64,000 bases of DNA from Octopus vulgaris (GCA_951406725.2 OX597827.1:54250001-54314000), one strand, 5' to 3'; positions 25,304-40,721 are shown, counted from the first letter of the stretch. The notes: generated by a model not told the origin, from the sequence alone. A program made the numbers and translations.

Positions 25304-26615
25304 TATTGCTCTAATGTGTGCTTCTTTTTCAGGTATATGAATGCTAACTGATACACACACACATACACGCACACACACATACACATAGTTGTCTAAGAAT
25401 GTATGAGTCAGAAGAAAAACAAGCACTTGTACATTTATCCATAGAGTGGGTATATTGATATTAATACCATACAGTATTGTATATATCTAGATACATACAT
25501 ATGCATATGTGTCTGTGTATCTTTTTATCTTGATATCTCTCAGCAGTTGTAAACAAGTGCCACTGTCTTACAAGTGGTGTCATTTATTTCCAATCTTCTG
25601 TGAAAATATGTTCGACCATGGAAAAATATTACCTTCCTTCAAAACAGGTGAAGGTTGGTGACAGGAAGGGCATCTGTCCATAGAATGTCTGATTCAATGA
25701 ATTCCACCTAACCCATGCCAGCATGGAAAAGTGGACATTAAAACAATGATATTGAGAATAAAATAGCATTGGTTCAATTAGAATAAATTTATCCGACTTA
25801 CATCTATCTGTACTTGTGTTTTGATTGCTGTATTCTATTAAGGAAATTTGATATACTTACAAAAAAGAAAGTAATAAAATTCTATATTATGGTTTCAGTT
25901 GTAGCCTAAAGATGTATTATATGTTAAATATGGTACTTAGATATAAAATTGAATATAAAAATGTGGCTGGAATGCCTTTGATCTCAGGTCTGCTTCATTA
26001 GAGCTCACCTGGGGCAAAACAACAACAACATTATTTTGTGTTTTCAAGTAACCATCTTAGTGTTCTAATTACAATTCTGTACAGAGAAAAAAAAACAGAA
26101 CAATTTGGTGGATTCACAAACTATCTCAAGCACACACTCTCCTTAACCACACAGTCATATCTACAACTTATATATGCCTTGTATGTATGCATGTGTGTGT
26201 GTGTATTTGATCAGACTAAATTGCAAAACTGACTCAAAGACCAAAAGTTTCATACACTGTAACTTTCTGTTGCTTAAAATTAATGTGTGTGTGTGTTTGC
26301 ATGCATGTGTGTATATGAAATAAAAGACTGAACATTTCTCATGGTGTGATTAACAAAGATAATTGCTTAACACATCACAATTAGTTATTCTTCAATTGAC
26401 GATCAACCATATTGATCTTTTCTAAAATGGTCTATCTATTATTTATGGCTACAGGTCTGAGGAACAAAAAGCCCTGCCTAGAAACCCAATAAAATGCCTG
26501 CTCATTTAACTCTTTCCTGGCCAGTATTATACTGAATCCAATTACATCACCTTAAAAAGAATGGACTTGTTCCAAAACAATATAATATTGTTACTATGTA
26601 TTATGTTATTATATT

Positions 26616-26995
26616 AGGTACAGGCGTGGCTGTGTGGTAAGAAGTTAACTTTCCAACCACTTCTTCCAGGTTTGGCCCCACTGCGAGGCACCTTTGGCAA
26701 GTGTCTTCTACTATAGCCTCAGATCAACAAAGCCTTCTGAGCGGATTTGGTAGACAGAAACTGAAAGAAGCTCATTGTGTATGTGTCTTTGTGTTTGTTT
26801 GTCCCCCCCCACCACTGCTTAACAACCGGTGGTGGTGTGTTTTTGCCCCTATAGCTTAGCAGTTTGGAAAACAAGACTAATAGAATAAGTACTAGGCTTA
26901 AAAACAAAAAAATAAGTACTGAGATTAATTTGTTCAACTAAAAGTTCTTCAAGATGGTGCCACAACCTAATGACTGAAACAAGTACAAGATAAGA
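26616..26995 (+). mobile_element. SINE family A
   Basis: Full-length similarity to the 24896 copy. Confidence 0.85.
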
Positions 26996-27070
26996 TATAA
27001 CTTATTTCATTTTAAGTGTTATATCTTTCCATGAATTACAGAAGTCTCTAATTGGATTCTGTAGTATTAA

Positions 27071-27288
27071 CCCTTTCGTTACCAACCCGGTTGAAACCAG
27101 CTCTGGCTCTAAGTACAAATGTCTTATTTTCATAAGTTTTGAATTAAAATCTTCCACCAAACCTTAATCACAATTTATGTTCCTAACACTAGCTTAATGA
27201 TAACCAAGTTATTTTACTAAATTCTTTGTTATATTTAAAATAATTGAAAGAAACAGAGCATCTCAAAATAAATTCAGTAACGAAAGGG
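27071..27288. mobile_element. piggyBac-like MITE
   Basis: TTAA|ccctttcgttac ... gtaacgaaaggg|TTAA; degenerate relatives near 17180 and 55755. Confidence 0.85.
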
Positions 27289-27841
27289 TTAAACTTGACG
27301 AAGCAAAATCTTAGTGACAGAAATATGTGACTAGTAACTTATTTTTGTGGTAGCTGTTGTTTCCTATACTTTCATTGGGCAAACTGGGGCAAATAAAATT
27401 CAATGTGTTGGCTAGAGGTATAATTCTTTCCTACTAATTTGGACCCCTATAAAGAGTTATAGGCATTGCTCTTCTTCATCTGAAAAATCATTAAGAAAAT
27501 TAAAGGAGAACTGTTATTTTAATGTTTTCTTTAGTACTTCCTTCTAAGAAGGAGTGTGATGTACTGATTTAGAATTTGATCAGGAGTTAGTTCACCCCAT
27601 TACACCAGTGTCATTCATCATTTTCATCATCTGTAAATCATTAAACTACCTTGACTCTCCTTTTAAAACATTTTTTCTTGTATCAATTAATCTATTTTCA
27701 TTTCAACAAAATAAACAGAACAAATTTTAGCATTTTTCATTTTTTTCCTATGACAGCAATGCTATTTATCATTGTCTTACTTTCATTAACATTTTTATTC
27801 ATTTTATTGATTCTAGTTTCTTCTTCTCTTTTATATTTCAG

Positions 27842-27918
27842 AAGGCACACGTAGAAAATATTTCAATTGTTATCCCAACACATAAGAAAAAATTTGTTTT
27901 AAAACTTAAAAAAAACAG
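27842..27918 (+). CDS. ADAM exon (prodomain) [25 protein letters not shown]
   Basis: Long pyrimidine tract + ttcag acceptor; AG|gtgagt donor; 77 nt, phase 0-2; matches the ADAM prodomain H..(I)...K.FVL.L.KN pattern. Confidence 0.85.
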
Positions 27919-28369
27919 GTGAGTGTATATATACTTACATATACATATTTTTCTGTTTTATTTCCATCTAATTTCCTTTCATTTCCACCCATCAGAACCT
28001 TGAAGTGTAAAGGAAGTAACCTTTCGGATGGGGGAGAGAAAAGTTTTTTATAAACTCATATCAATTGTATGTGTATGTGTGTCCTAAGTGGGCAATCTCA
28101 TGACTAGAATGTCAAAAACTTAAATGTTTCATTGCAGCCAACTTGGTGTACCACATGGAGATGCATTCCAATTAGTAAATTGGTTCAGATTTCACATGAT
28201 AAATTTTGATCTGTACTCAATACAATTCTCTACAATTAATAATATAATAGCAATACTAAGGATGGCATTCTTCATTATTGCTGTCATCTGTCATAATGAT
28301 GACACTGACAATAATTCAGATGATGAAGATGAGAAGGTGGATTTTGATTAACACCACCACCACCATAAA

Positions 28370-28412
<43 letters not shown>

Positions 28413-31400
28413 GTGGCGAGCTGGCAGAATTGTTAATGCATTGGAAAAAATGCTTAGTGGTATTTTGCCTGCCGCTACGTTCTGAGTTCAAATTCTGCTG
28501 AGGTCAACTTTACCTTTCATCCTGGAGGTGGGAGGATAAAATAAGTACCAGTTGAACACTGGAGTCGATGTAATCAACTCATCCCTCCCCCAAAATGGGT
28601 ACCCTTGTGGAAAAATTTGAAACCATTGTTATTTAAGTCAGCGAGCTGGCAGAATTGTTAGCACACCAGCCAAAATGCTTAGCAGTATAGCATTTGTGCT
28701 TACGTTTTGAGTTCAAATCCTGCTGGGATTGATAAATTAAGTACCAGTGAAACACTGGGGTTGATATTATCAACTTATCCCTTCCCCCAAAATTTCAGGC
28801 CTTATGCCTTTAGTAGAAAGGATTATTATTATTATTATTGAGTGAGAGAGCAGTACATGCCATCAAAATGACACACTGAGATAAAATATACAAAGCCCAG
28901 TATACCCATCATAGCCAGCTCCTGTCAAGCCATCCAACCCATGCCAGCATGGGTTGGATGATGATGCTTTAATTCACCTTGCTTTCACTGGGAATAGGCA
29001 CCAGATCTATCTAGTTCAGCTTCAGATCAGAATCTATCTCTCATCTCAGTAAGCCTTACCATTGGATTCACACTTTGGTTCTCATTACAGTGCTGGTTTA
29101 CATCAACTTATTCTACATTCGGCTTATCACGTTATAAAACCGCCCATCACCAAGAGAGTATCTCCATCAGTCATAAGAGATTTTTCTACTAAACAATTTA
29201 ATTACCGCTACCCTGTATTGTTAAACTGCTGTAACCACCAGGCTTTCTATAAGTACCACCAAGTGTTGTTTTCAAAGTTAGAATTTTCAAGTTCTGTTTC
29301 TGGTTTTATTCTGTTTTAATTTCATTCATGGAGCATTTGCATGCTTTATCAGAAGTTACCCTAGTCTCTAACCAGTTTTGAGTCCTTTACCAAGTATTTT
29401 AGCAGTTAGTGTTATAGTGTGTGTTATGTATAGTTGTCTCAATTCAATTCCTTATCAGTGCTTATTTTATCAACTTTCAAGGAAAGAATAGTTAAACCTG
29501 ACTTTGTCTAGATTTGAACTCAGAAATACAAGCCAGTAAACTACACTACAGTTAAGTATTCAAACAACAATTTACAGTCTTGGCTGCCACACTTCCTGAA
29601 ACTATATTAATAATAACAAGACAAATAATGCAGATAATGATGTAAGCCATCAACATTATCACCATTAACAGCACCATCACTCTCATCTCTCTTTTATTGG
29701 TAGAGATTTAATTATATTTCTATATTGTGTGTTATTTTACTTTCATATTATTTATACTTTGTTCTTTTACTTAGTAAGCTGACTATGATATTATATAGGT
29801 TGTATCAAGTTAGCATAATTCTGGTTTCCATTTCCTTCTGAAAAAGATCAATACTTGATTATGTTTTGGTTGGCTGCCAATTGGCTTATTTGGTTGGATT
29901 TATTTAGATTTTCCCAAAGTATATCATTATTGTCTGTTAACGATTCCTTCCCTCCTGATTAATCTCTTTTGAATATTTGATTGAAAGCAATTTCTGTTGA
30001 AATATCCCAAGTGTTAAGAGATTGAGAATGAAATAGATATATTTAACGTATGTTCGGAGAAAATTAATCTTCAGAAAAAATGTTTGGTCCGGAAACAGTT
30101 GTAAGTTTTCAATTAGCATAAACGTGATTGTTGGTTTTTCAAATATCAAACTTGAGGCTTGGTTTTTATGAAAGCATTTTTTAAATATTACATAATAAGT
30201 TTACAACTTCACTTAAAATAATAATAATTCAAAGCAGAATGAAAATTAAATTAGTTTTGAAACAATAATAATACTTGCAATGCAAAATTAGTTATATATT
30301 TCAGCAATAAATTTTATTCTTCCTGAAAAGGATGTCTTCCTAATGGAACTCACCATGAAAACAACTTTTGTTTTATAATGATAAGAGACAATACAATGAA
30401 ACAGTCAAAAGAAGCAGAAAGTGTCAAATAGCAAGATAAACATTGCAATTTGAACAGTAGATCAGAAGTAAATTTTGAGTGAAAAGCAACAAATGAACAA
30501 ACTAGTGGAGGAAGTTATCTGTAATCAGTCACAGCTGACTGCTGAGTTTATTGGTTCATTTCCTATCTCTGTTACTGCTGTGAGTTTATGACCAAAAAAA
30601 AACACTGAACTTTGCATGGCTCAGTTCATTCAGTGGCAATCAAATACCATGTTTATGTAGAGTCCATCAATATTGACAAAACATTGTATATAGTTGCAGA
30701 GCTAGGTTCAAGTGTTTCTGTGGGCATGGAGAAAGCAACAGAAACCAACAAATATGATAAATACATATTCAAAGAGTTTATTGATGTTTTTTATCGCCAT
30801 AATTAAAGAGCAGAAAACAAATTGATAATATTTTCTTTTATTTTGGAAATTAATTTTGATGCTGTTGCTAACAACAACATCAAAATTAACTTTCAAGTTC
30901 AATGGAAATATTAGTTTTACTCATTTTCTTAAATTACTTTCAGCATTTTAATTAATTATACACAGTTATTGCTATATTTATGTATATACCTTAGAAAAAT
31001 ATGCTATCAAAACTCTTGTCTTCAGAAGAAAGCCATTAATGCTAATTACCCATTGACAACATTTTATAAACAGGTGTAACCACACAAAGTAAACCATTTA
31101 ACATGAGCAAGATAAGTAAAATATCAGTTGATTGATTTGTACACCAGAAGATATATTTATAATAAGATAATAATGATCTTAATTTCAATGATACTTAATT
31201 CAATTACTTTCTTTCCATAAGTGTTTAAAATGAATCAATTTTTCTAGTTTATCAATTATTTTTTTTTTTTAACAAAGTTAACACCTCAGTTTTCTTTCCT
31301 TGTTATCAATCTTCTCTTGTCTGCATAAACATTGCACCAACATTATTCTTGTTATTCTATGCTGTTACTGATATTCTAAGCTGTTAAAAAGACATATGCC

Positions 31401-34400
31401 AGTTTTTCTTTTTAATATTGGTTTCAAATTTTGGCACAAAATCAGCAATTTTGAAGGAGGATATAAGTTGATTAAATTGACCCCAGTGCTCAACTGGCAC
31501 TTATTTTATCGACCCCAAAAGAATGAAAGGCAAAGTCAACCTCAGCAGAATTTGGATTCAGAACTTAAAGACAGACAAAATGCCACTAAGAGTTCTTTTG
31601 AATATTGACTTCAAATTTTGGCATAAAACCTGAAATTTTGGTGGAGGGGCTTAGTAGATTACATCAACCCTAATGTTCAACTGGTATTATTTTATTGATC
31701 CCATAAAGATGAAAGACAGAATTTGAACTCAGAGATGGATGAAATGCAGCAAAGCATTTGCCTGGTGTGCCAACAGTTCTGCCAGCTCTCTGCCTTATTT
31801 CTTTTTAATATTAATTTTGAATTTTGGCACAAGGCCAACAGGTTTGGGGGAAGGGTAAGAGCTAAGTCAATTAAATTGATCCAGTGTTCAACTGGTACTT
31901 ATTTTATGAACCCTGAAAGAATGGAAGGAAAAGTCAACCCCAGTGGAATTTGAACTCAGAACATAAAGCCAGACAAAATATTGCTAAGCATTTTGCCTGG
32001 CAAGCTAACGATTCTGCCACCTTGCTGCCTTATTTCTTTTTAATATTAGAAAAACTCAATTACTGAGAAATTACAAGGCTAGCCTAAAACAAAATATAAC
32101 AGACAGTAACAGCTACTTAAGTTTATGCTGATGCTCCAACAAATACCATTTATGTGTCCTTACAAAATTATATACTTTAATGCTTCTTTAATATACATAG
32201 AAAACGATAAATTACTTTCGAGTTTTAAATTAATGACAGTAAATGAATAATTGTATACTTAATACACTCTCATTAAGAATAAAGAATCAGTTTTCTTAGA
32301 GATAGAGTATTCTTTTTCTTCTTTATCAGCATGCCATCTGTTATGTTGTTTCATGTGAACATTTCACCTAATTAATACTTGTACAAAGTGGTATCAAAAA
32401 GTTCCCAGACTAGTTCTGTTGTACACCACCAGATAGAAGCACATGGTTGCGTGCGCAGTGAGTGCTAGCAGTGACCTTCATGTGGCAGTGTGCCAAGTGA
32501 AATTAGTGTTTTGGTGATCACGTGTATGCTGAAGTCTGTGATTTTGTCAGGTACAGTTACAAAGAGCTAACATGAAATTTTGAGTTAAACATGGGAAGTC
32601 TGCTACAGAGACATTGAGCGTGCTTCAACAAGATTACAGCGACAAGGCAATGGGTTGCACACAATGTTTTGAGTGACACAGGCACTTCAAAAGTGGAAGA
32701 ACATCTCTGGAAGACAATGAGTGATCTGGAAGAGCTGCCACTATGCATCAAGAATTCATCCTCCAAGACCAGACAGTCAATCAAGTGTTCTACTGTAACA
32801 TTTTGAAGTGTTCGGAGGGAGGATATTCAGCAAAAGCGACCGGATCTGTGGAGCATGAATTTTTGACCAATCATAAGTGTCAACTTAATCTTTTTATGAC
32901 CACTGTCCATAATTTATTCTTCTATTACATTAAATCAGGAATGGGCAACCTTTTTACCAAGAAGCAGTCTACATGAGACATGACTTATTAAGTCATGCAC
33001 ACTGTCACCAAGCTCTCTTCACTCAACATGGTATCACTTCTGCAACTGCCCTATTTACCAGATTTAGTAGCTACAAACATCTATCTTTTCCCTAAGATGA
33101 AAATGCAGCTCAAAGGTTGCTGTTTTAACATCATTGTCAAAATCAAGAGCAAATTGTATTCTACAATTCTTTGACTTGCTTACAAAAAATGACTTCCAGA
33201 CCAGATTTCAAAAGTGGCAAGGAATGCAGGAACCAGTGTATTGCTGCACAAGGTGACTATTTCAAAGCAGATGATGTTAAAACTTAGACAAATAAGTTGT
33301 TTTATTATAAACATAACTAGTCTGGGGACTTTTTGATGCCACCTCTAAGTTCAATATTATTAACTAACTATAAAAGGACTCATTATCAAGAGAAAAAATT
33401 AACTTCATATTATACTTTATTTGCTATAATAATACAATATTGTTATACTGTCAAAGAGTACTAATCACTTGTTCTCCTGAGAGATTTGATTTCAGCTATG
33501 TAAACCACCACTACAATATAATGCCACTAAGTTATTCTTCCCCACTCTCTCTCCCTCCTTCCCTCTCCCCACCTTTCTTTCTTTCCCTCACTATAAGTGG
33601 GAGGTGTCTAAACAGATGTCTGTTATAGTTATATTCATTTGATTTATTGAGATATTTACTGACAAGTAATAATGATAATTTCAAATTTTGGCATAAGGCC
33701 AGTAATTTGGGGGGTATGTTGGTAAGTCAATTACATCTACACCAGTGTTCAACTGGTGCTTATTTTATCAACCCCAAAATGATGAAAGGCAAAGTTAATC
33801 TTGGAAGAATTAGAACTAAGAACATAAAGACAGATGAAATACCACTAAGCTCTTCATCCAGCTTGCTAACAATTCTGCCAGCTCGCCAATAAAATTTTCT
33901 ATATATGTTTATCAATATAAAGTGTCATATTTGTCTTTGCTTCCCTGAAAGTTATTAAGAAATTAAATTAAGAAGGAAGCCTTATAACTATAAAGATTTA
34001 TCCCACCAAAAATTATAGCAACTCAATGTTTTTTGTGAAACAGATATATGTAATAAGAAGTTTAGCCAAGATTCGAGCCCTAAAACTTTAGCTTCATTCA
34101 GCATTTTTAAAGCATAGTTCATAACGTCACTTTTCAAGATGTTTGTTTTATTTAGAAACATTAGCAACAGAAAAATTACTTTATTTGGCATTTTTGACCA
34201 ATCATAAGTGTCAACTTAATCTTTTTATGACCACCACTGTCCATAATTTATTCTTCTATTACATTAAATCAGGAATGGGTAACCTTTTTATCAAGAAGCA
34301 GTCTACATGAGACATGACTTATTAAGTAGGCTGCACTACTAAAATAAATTGAAGTTAATTTTTCATTTGACATGCAATTCAGAAAGTCCTGCAGGTCACA

Positions 34401-37400
34401 TGCAACCCATGGGTCATAAGTTGCTCCTGACTGAATCAAATTAAACAGACCACTGAATCATTTGCTAGTTGGGACCTAGCTCTCATCAGAAATGTGCATC
34501 TACAAGGACATCAAGAGAATGTTTCTCCTTTGGCTCCCATCAAAGACAACAATGGTCTGGGGTCAGCATTATTATCACTACCACATCCTGTCAATAACCA
34601 GTACCATAAGCAACAACTATCAAAATAGTTTGCAAATATAATGACTACCTATGCTGTGTTATCACTAGGGACTCTTTCACATGTGCTGTAGATCCTTGTC
34701 AAAAACTGACAACCAACTAGTTTGATGTGAACACACACACACACTCTGTTATTTTTGCATCACCCCCAAACATGTAAACTTACTGTATTTTAACTGTTCT
34801 CTCTCAAGAGTGATAGTGCTTCAGAATATCTCTTTGTAATGTTTGAAGAAAATAAATATATGTATACTTCAGAGAAAATCATCAGTTGCTCCTTTCAAAA
34901 TACCCTTTTAAATCAATGTCTCTTCTCCATACCATACTAATGCCAAAAATTTACACTTGTAAGTCAAACATTATACACTGGTGACTAAACCAGCTTCACA
35001 AATACAAGCAATACTACAAACTAAAATGTTACAGATACATTTTAGAAATTATACACCTCTGGAATGTTTTTTTCTAAAATCAGAAATGTGGCAAAACTAT
35101 AAATCACACTACCAAATACAGTTTGATGTTTTGTTTTCTCTGACTGTTGTTATTGAGTACTTACACCTTTTATGGACAGTACATATGGTGGTAATACATT
35201 TGAATCTGATGAAGATAGCTACATATAAGAGATATACCTGTACATGTTGAATTTGACATGTACAGAATGGCTGTACCACACCAACCATCACACACATCCA
35301 ATCATCAAATGTCATACTTCAATGGCAAGGCAGACTGAAGTGACGAGTGAACTCCCCTACAAAATACCTCGTTCTTGAAACCTGTGGTATCTCTTCCTAA
35401 TTACAGGTGAACTAAGGTAATATGCAATAAAGTGATATGCTCAAAGACAAGCAATGTATTATTTGAATGGATGACTCATTAATAGATTGTCCAATGACTT
35501 ATCTACTCAATTTACACAGTACAGGCAAAAACTGAAATGATGCAGAAATGATTTATGTCAAAGGATGGAAAAATTTCTTTGGGGGTTTTGTATAATTTTG
35601 AATTGAGTTTTAAAATGTTCTGATGTATCTGTTAATACTTCGTCTCACTAACAAATCTAACAATTTTCACATTCATTGTTTCTTGTTTATCTAGTAATAT
35701 TTAAATAAATAATTTCGAAGCATTTTCTTTTCATATGCTTGTAATAAATGTATTTAAACAAATAGAATGAAACTTAGACATCAGGATGTTATTGAACAGT
35801 TTTGTTTTCAATGTAAATTATTCAAGGAACACACACATACACACACGTTTTGCCTCTTATTTTGCTTCAAACCCATGAAGTGAGTTATGCTGAACATTGT
35901 AAGATAACAAAATAGTTTATCATAAAAGAAAATTGATTGATGATAATAGACAAAACCGATAGATAATAAAATACATGGAAACTTTTCATACTGATGTACT
36001 GGTCCATATAACTATATCAGCATGTAAAAACAGATGCTACCTATAATGTTAGTGATAAAATACGAAAATGGAGACTGCTTCACTAAATGTTTTACTATAT
36101 CTAATTTAGTGCCTTATTTCTGAGTCCAAATTTACTTTATGCTTCTTTGGAGTTAGTAAAATTAAATATCAATAATATGCTGACATTGATTTAATTGATT
36201 TACACACATCTATAAAATATTGGTTTTCTGTTTAATGAAAAGATAGTCTAGAAAATGGAACATTTATTTTTCATGCAACATTTTGCTTACACAATATTTT
36301 GAATATTTTAATAAAATTAATTTAATTTCAATTAAATGAACATATTTATTTTTTTCATTTTCAGTGAATTAATTTCAAATAGATATATTTCAAGAACTCT
36401 ATTGCCTACAGGCTTCCATTCAAAAAAGATATCAAAAGATGAGTATGTAAGTATATGTTTTAATTTTAATTATTGAAATACAAATTATCATCATCATTGT
36501 CATCATCATCATCATTATTATGCTAGTGCATACTAATTTAGTTAGCAGGTATTTTATTTTGAGGTTTGGTGAGAACAAGTCTCCTCAAATCTCAAGAATT
36601 ATTCTTAGGATTCTTGCAGAATATAGGATGGTACTTTTCTGCAGTTTGATAATGCATGTTACATTTCCAGTTTCTTTCAGTCTTTTAGGTAGCATTTTGA
36701 GTGTTGCATCAACTGGTACTCATTTTATGAACCCCTAAAGGATACAAGGCAAAGTCTACCTCAGCAGAATTTGAGCTTAGAAAATAAAGGCGGACAAGAT
36801 ACCATGAAACATTTTGCTCAGCGTGTTAATGATGCAGTGAGCTCACCACCTTCATTATAATAATAATAATAATAAACCTTTCTACTATAGGCACAAGGCC
36901 TGAAATTTTGGGGGAGGGGACTAGTTGATTACACTGACCCCAGCTTTCACTAGTACTTAATTTATCAACCTTGAAAGGATGAAAAGCCCTAATAATAATA
37001 ATGATGATAATATGTATAATAATCATTTTAAGTAGATAGTATAAACATTTAGGTCTAAAGACTTTCTGATCCTTTAATAATTCAGGTGGTGTACAGCGGA
37101 GGGTTTGTAGCTGCTTCTCAGCTAATACTTGACCTAAGAGACCAAAGTCTCAGTTTCAATCACAACTAAATAGCATGACAGATGACTTGTTAAGCATAGT
37201 GCATGAGTTATTTGGTTCCAAATGTTATAAAGGAATGACGTCTCCACCATATTCTATTATATTTTACCATCACTGCTATAAACAAACATGAAATATAACA
37301 TTCTGATTGTTGAAATATCATACATATTCCATTTCAATAATAAGTGTTGCAGAATGGATGCAAACTCCCAGATGGATCCATTTCAATTTTAGCTGGGGTT

Positions 37401-40400
37401 TTTTTTTTTCTTATATGTCCCAATTCAGTTATGTTCAATACTTCTACTAAATTGTTTTCTGTGTTACACAACTTAGAGAAAGTGTCCATTGGTCCCCCAA
37501 AAGACTGTTGGTTATTGAATATGATTAATATTTCAGAGACAAATGGCAAAGATTGATCAGACCATTAACTTCATATTTGTGTTATTTTCACTGCAGTCTG
37601 ATATAATTTCTGATATTTTTTTTCCAACTCTTTTAATGTTGTTCATATAATCTAAGGTTAAACTCAATTTACTGCACAGGGTCTCTGCATTTATCTTTAT
37701 TATACTACATTACCATTTAGTTATTTAGTTGTCATGTGTGTTCACACACATACACACACATGCTTGCATATATATATATACTTTACTTTGGATTGAGACT
37801 TAACTTATAACTTCATATTCTCATCTACTTTTCCAATCTGCCTTTAAAACTCTGATGGAAACTCTTTGCAAACTCACTGGTCTTCAAGGCAGTTTTTTTT
37901 TGTTTAAAATGCAAAATGTTCCTTTTATAGTCAAATAGGATTCAAAATAGCATTTCCAAAATTGAAATTCTGACAGAAAATGCTCAGGAATTTATAGCCC
38001 ATGAGTTTATTGCAGGCATTATGTTATGCTTTCTAACCTTTATTGTCATCATTATCACAATTGTTGTTGTTAGCAGCAAATGTTAATATCTAATTTCTGT
38101 TTTGGTTTTGATTGGATAGGTATGTAGGATGTCATATTGACATATCTTACAATAGGTATCATCCATGCTCATACAATTTCCTCTCCTGCACTTAATCACT
38201 AATGCCTTTAATTCCAGCCAGCTTCTCTTTTGCAGATACTTTGTCTTACAACTTAATGTAGCATATTCAGAGCATCATATTCAATTTGTTTTGTCTTTAA
38301 TTTCCACAGATCATATATTTTAGTGTCCAAAGTTCACTCCTATATAGTATTATGCCTTGTATATAAGGGGTTTTGGTGGGGGTGTTTCCAGTGAAGAAAG
38401 TAACATACTCTATGAACTTCACCTTATGCTCTGTTTAGTTTTGGGCACTACTATACTTTAACTATTTCTAATTTCAGTATTAATTATATCTCCTGGGTGG
38501 CAGAAACTATCCATTAAAGCCACCATACTATGCAGTGTATGGACATTAATTTATAATCATCATTGCCAGAAGCTACACATAGCTAATTCAAAATCCAGGT
38601 TCCTTGCCAATCTCCAGAGATCCAAGACGCTTTACTTGTACACAGAATTGAGTTCTTTTTGACTTCTTTCATATAAAACAATCGTTTCATTAATAGTACT
38701 TAGATTTTGTGCTAAAAATAGGCATCAGCTAAGCAATTCACACCAGGAAATGGTAAAATGATAGTCAGTCCACTAAAACATAAGCTTTAATGATATTTGC
38801 AAATGTACTCTTCACAAAAATATAAATCATAAAATAAAAGCTAATTTACATATTAATCCCCAGTTTTGATCAACCAGACCTCATCATAATAGCTACAAAT
38901 ACATTCTTTTAATATTGTCGATGTTAGCTAATTAAAGAAACAATGCTGAACTCGTTAATCTTCACTAATGAGTTGTGTGGAATAAAGAGTTGTAGAATCA
39001 CAGAAGTGACATTTCTCTAAAGCTGGATCTCAGAAGCTAGTTATCTCTGTGGTGATTTCACTGACTCCAATTATCACTCCAGCAGTTTTTCTAACAACAT
39101 ATACCTGTTTTGGTGCCAGTAATCCCTATGGCAGTTTTCTTTTTGTTTGTACTATTGCAATTTTCCTAGTGTGAACATTGATAGCAAAAAATGTTAGGAA
39201 AACATTACACTCATTTTGTTAAGAATGAGATTTCTATCTTTGCTATTTCTATCTTGCTAATTAAAAAAAAAAAAAGTTCGAGAAAACTGAATTCTTTCAC
39301 AGGTACTGTAGAAATGAAATGATTTGAAAAATTATTTCTTCTTCGTGTTATAACTGCTGCTATTTAATTACTGAAAGCTTTTGATTATATCTCCTTGGCA
39401 ATAATTACTGTCACCTATCAAACATTAAGCTATTTGTTACATAAATCATATGACCCAATGCATGGCATTTATATCTCAGAGAATTTATGTATGTTAAATA
39501 CCATTTGGATGAGATGTTAGAATTAAACGCAATCCAGTTGGTCCTATGCCTTTCATTCTTGAAACTCTCCATGACAGATAAAGCAGGCTGAAAACATAAC
39601 TTCATTATCATCTCTTTCTTTATTTTAAAATTCTTTAAAAACTGAACAGGCAGTGTCTCTTTTTGAAATTATTAGAAAATGTCACTGCTTTTGTGTAATA
39701 CTTTCAGTCATTGGTTGTTATACTGTAATCAAGTTTATTTTTATCTCAGTCATAATGATTAGTTTCTCAGCATCATTCACTGTAATGTGTTCTATTGTTG
39801 CTTATATTAATATCTATCTATAGAAATCTCGCCTGTTTGAAAGTTAATTGCTATATTTTACAATTTGTAACCATTGTATTCTCATTTATTTCATGGGAAA
39901 ATTGCAGTGAACATAAATAAGCAAATAATAAGCAATACATGATATCAAATATCTGAACCATTCCTTCAGAACTATTGGTTACATTTTTGTTTTGCTGAGG
40001 AACTGTTATTGGAGGTCAAGTTGGCTTTCTGATAGGGAGGTGTGGATTCATATTTTGTCCTATGATTAAGGATGTGTTATACTCCAACAAAGATGCTTAG
40101 CTCTCTTGCCCTACTTACCTTGCAGTAGGAAACTTTATATTTATGAAAGGAAAGGGAGTAATTTCATATTGTAGCTTCATATGAACCTGTATATGGCTTA
40201 ATTGGCCAGAGTGATGAAAGAAGACTTAGTGGGTCACTGTTTTATATTTCTTCTCATAGCACCTTCATCTAGTTTCCAGGATCGCATGATGAAATGTTTC
40301 TAATTTTTCTATTTGATGTTCTTCCTACAACTAACCACTCAACTTGAAGCCTCATCTCTATAATCTTTTCCATTTAGAGAAATAAAAATGAGTATAACAT

Positions 40401-40679
40401 GAAAAACTTCTCTGCTTACACTTAGATTAATTATTCTTTTCAGTATGCTCAACATTGCTACTACAATGGTCATATTGAAGGAGACCCTTATTCCATTGCT
40501 GCTGTCAGTACTTGTGATGGCATCAGGTAATTTTTATTGTTGTTATTATTATTATTATTGTTGTTGTTATTCTGTTTATAGTGTATTGACATGTTACAAG
40601 ACAAATGGAGAATAGATATTAAGCAAAATGATATGATGATACATGTGTGTGTGTATTTATCTATCTATCTATCTATCGA

Positions 40680-40721
<42 letters not shown>

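Noticed and set aside
30480-30810. Coding-like stretch ([14 protein letters not shown]...)
   Set aside because: I could not assign it to any family; no splice sites fit the ADAM frame; probably an old transposon remnant.
32557-33280. Active mariner transposase (also active Helitron, Chapaev or LINE ORFs elsewhere)
   Set aside because: Multiple stops, frameshifts and large internal deletions in every case.
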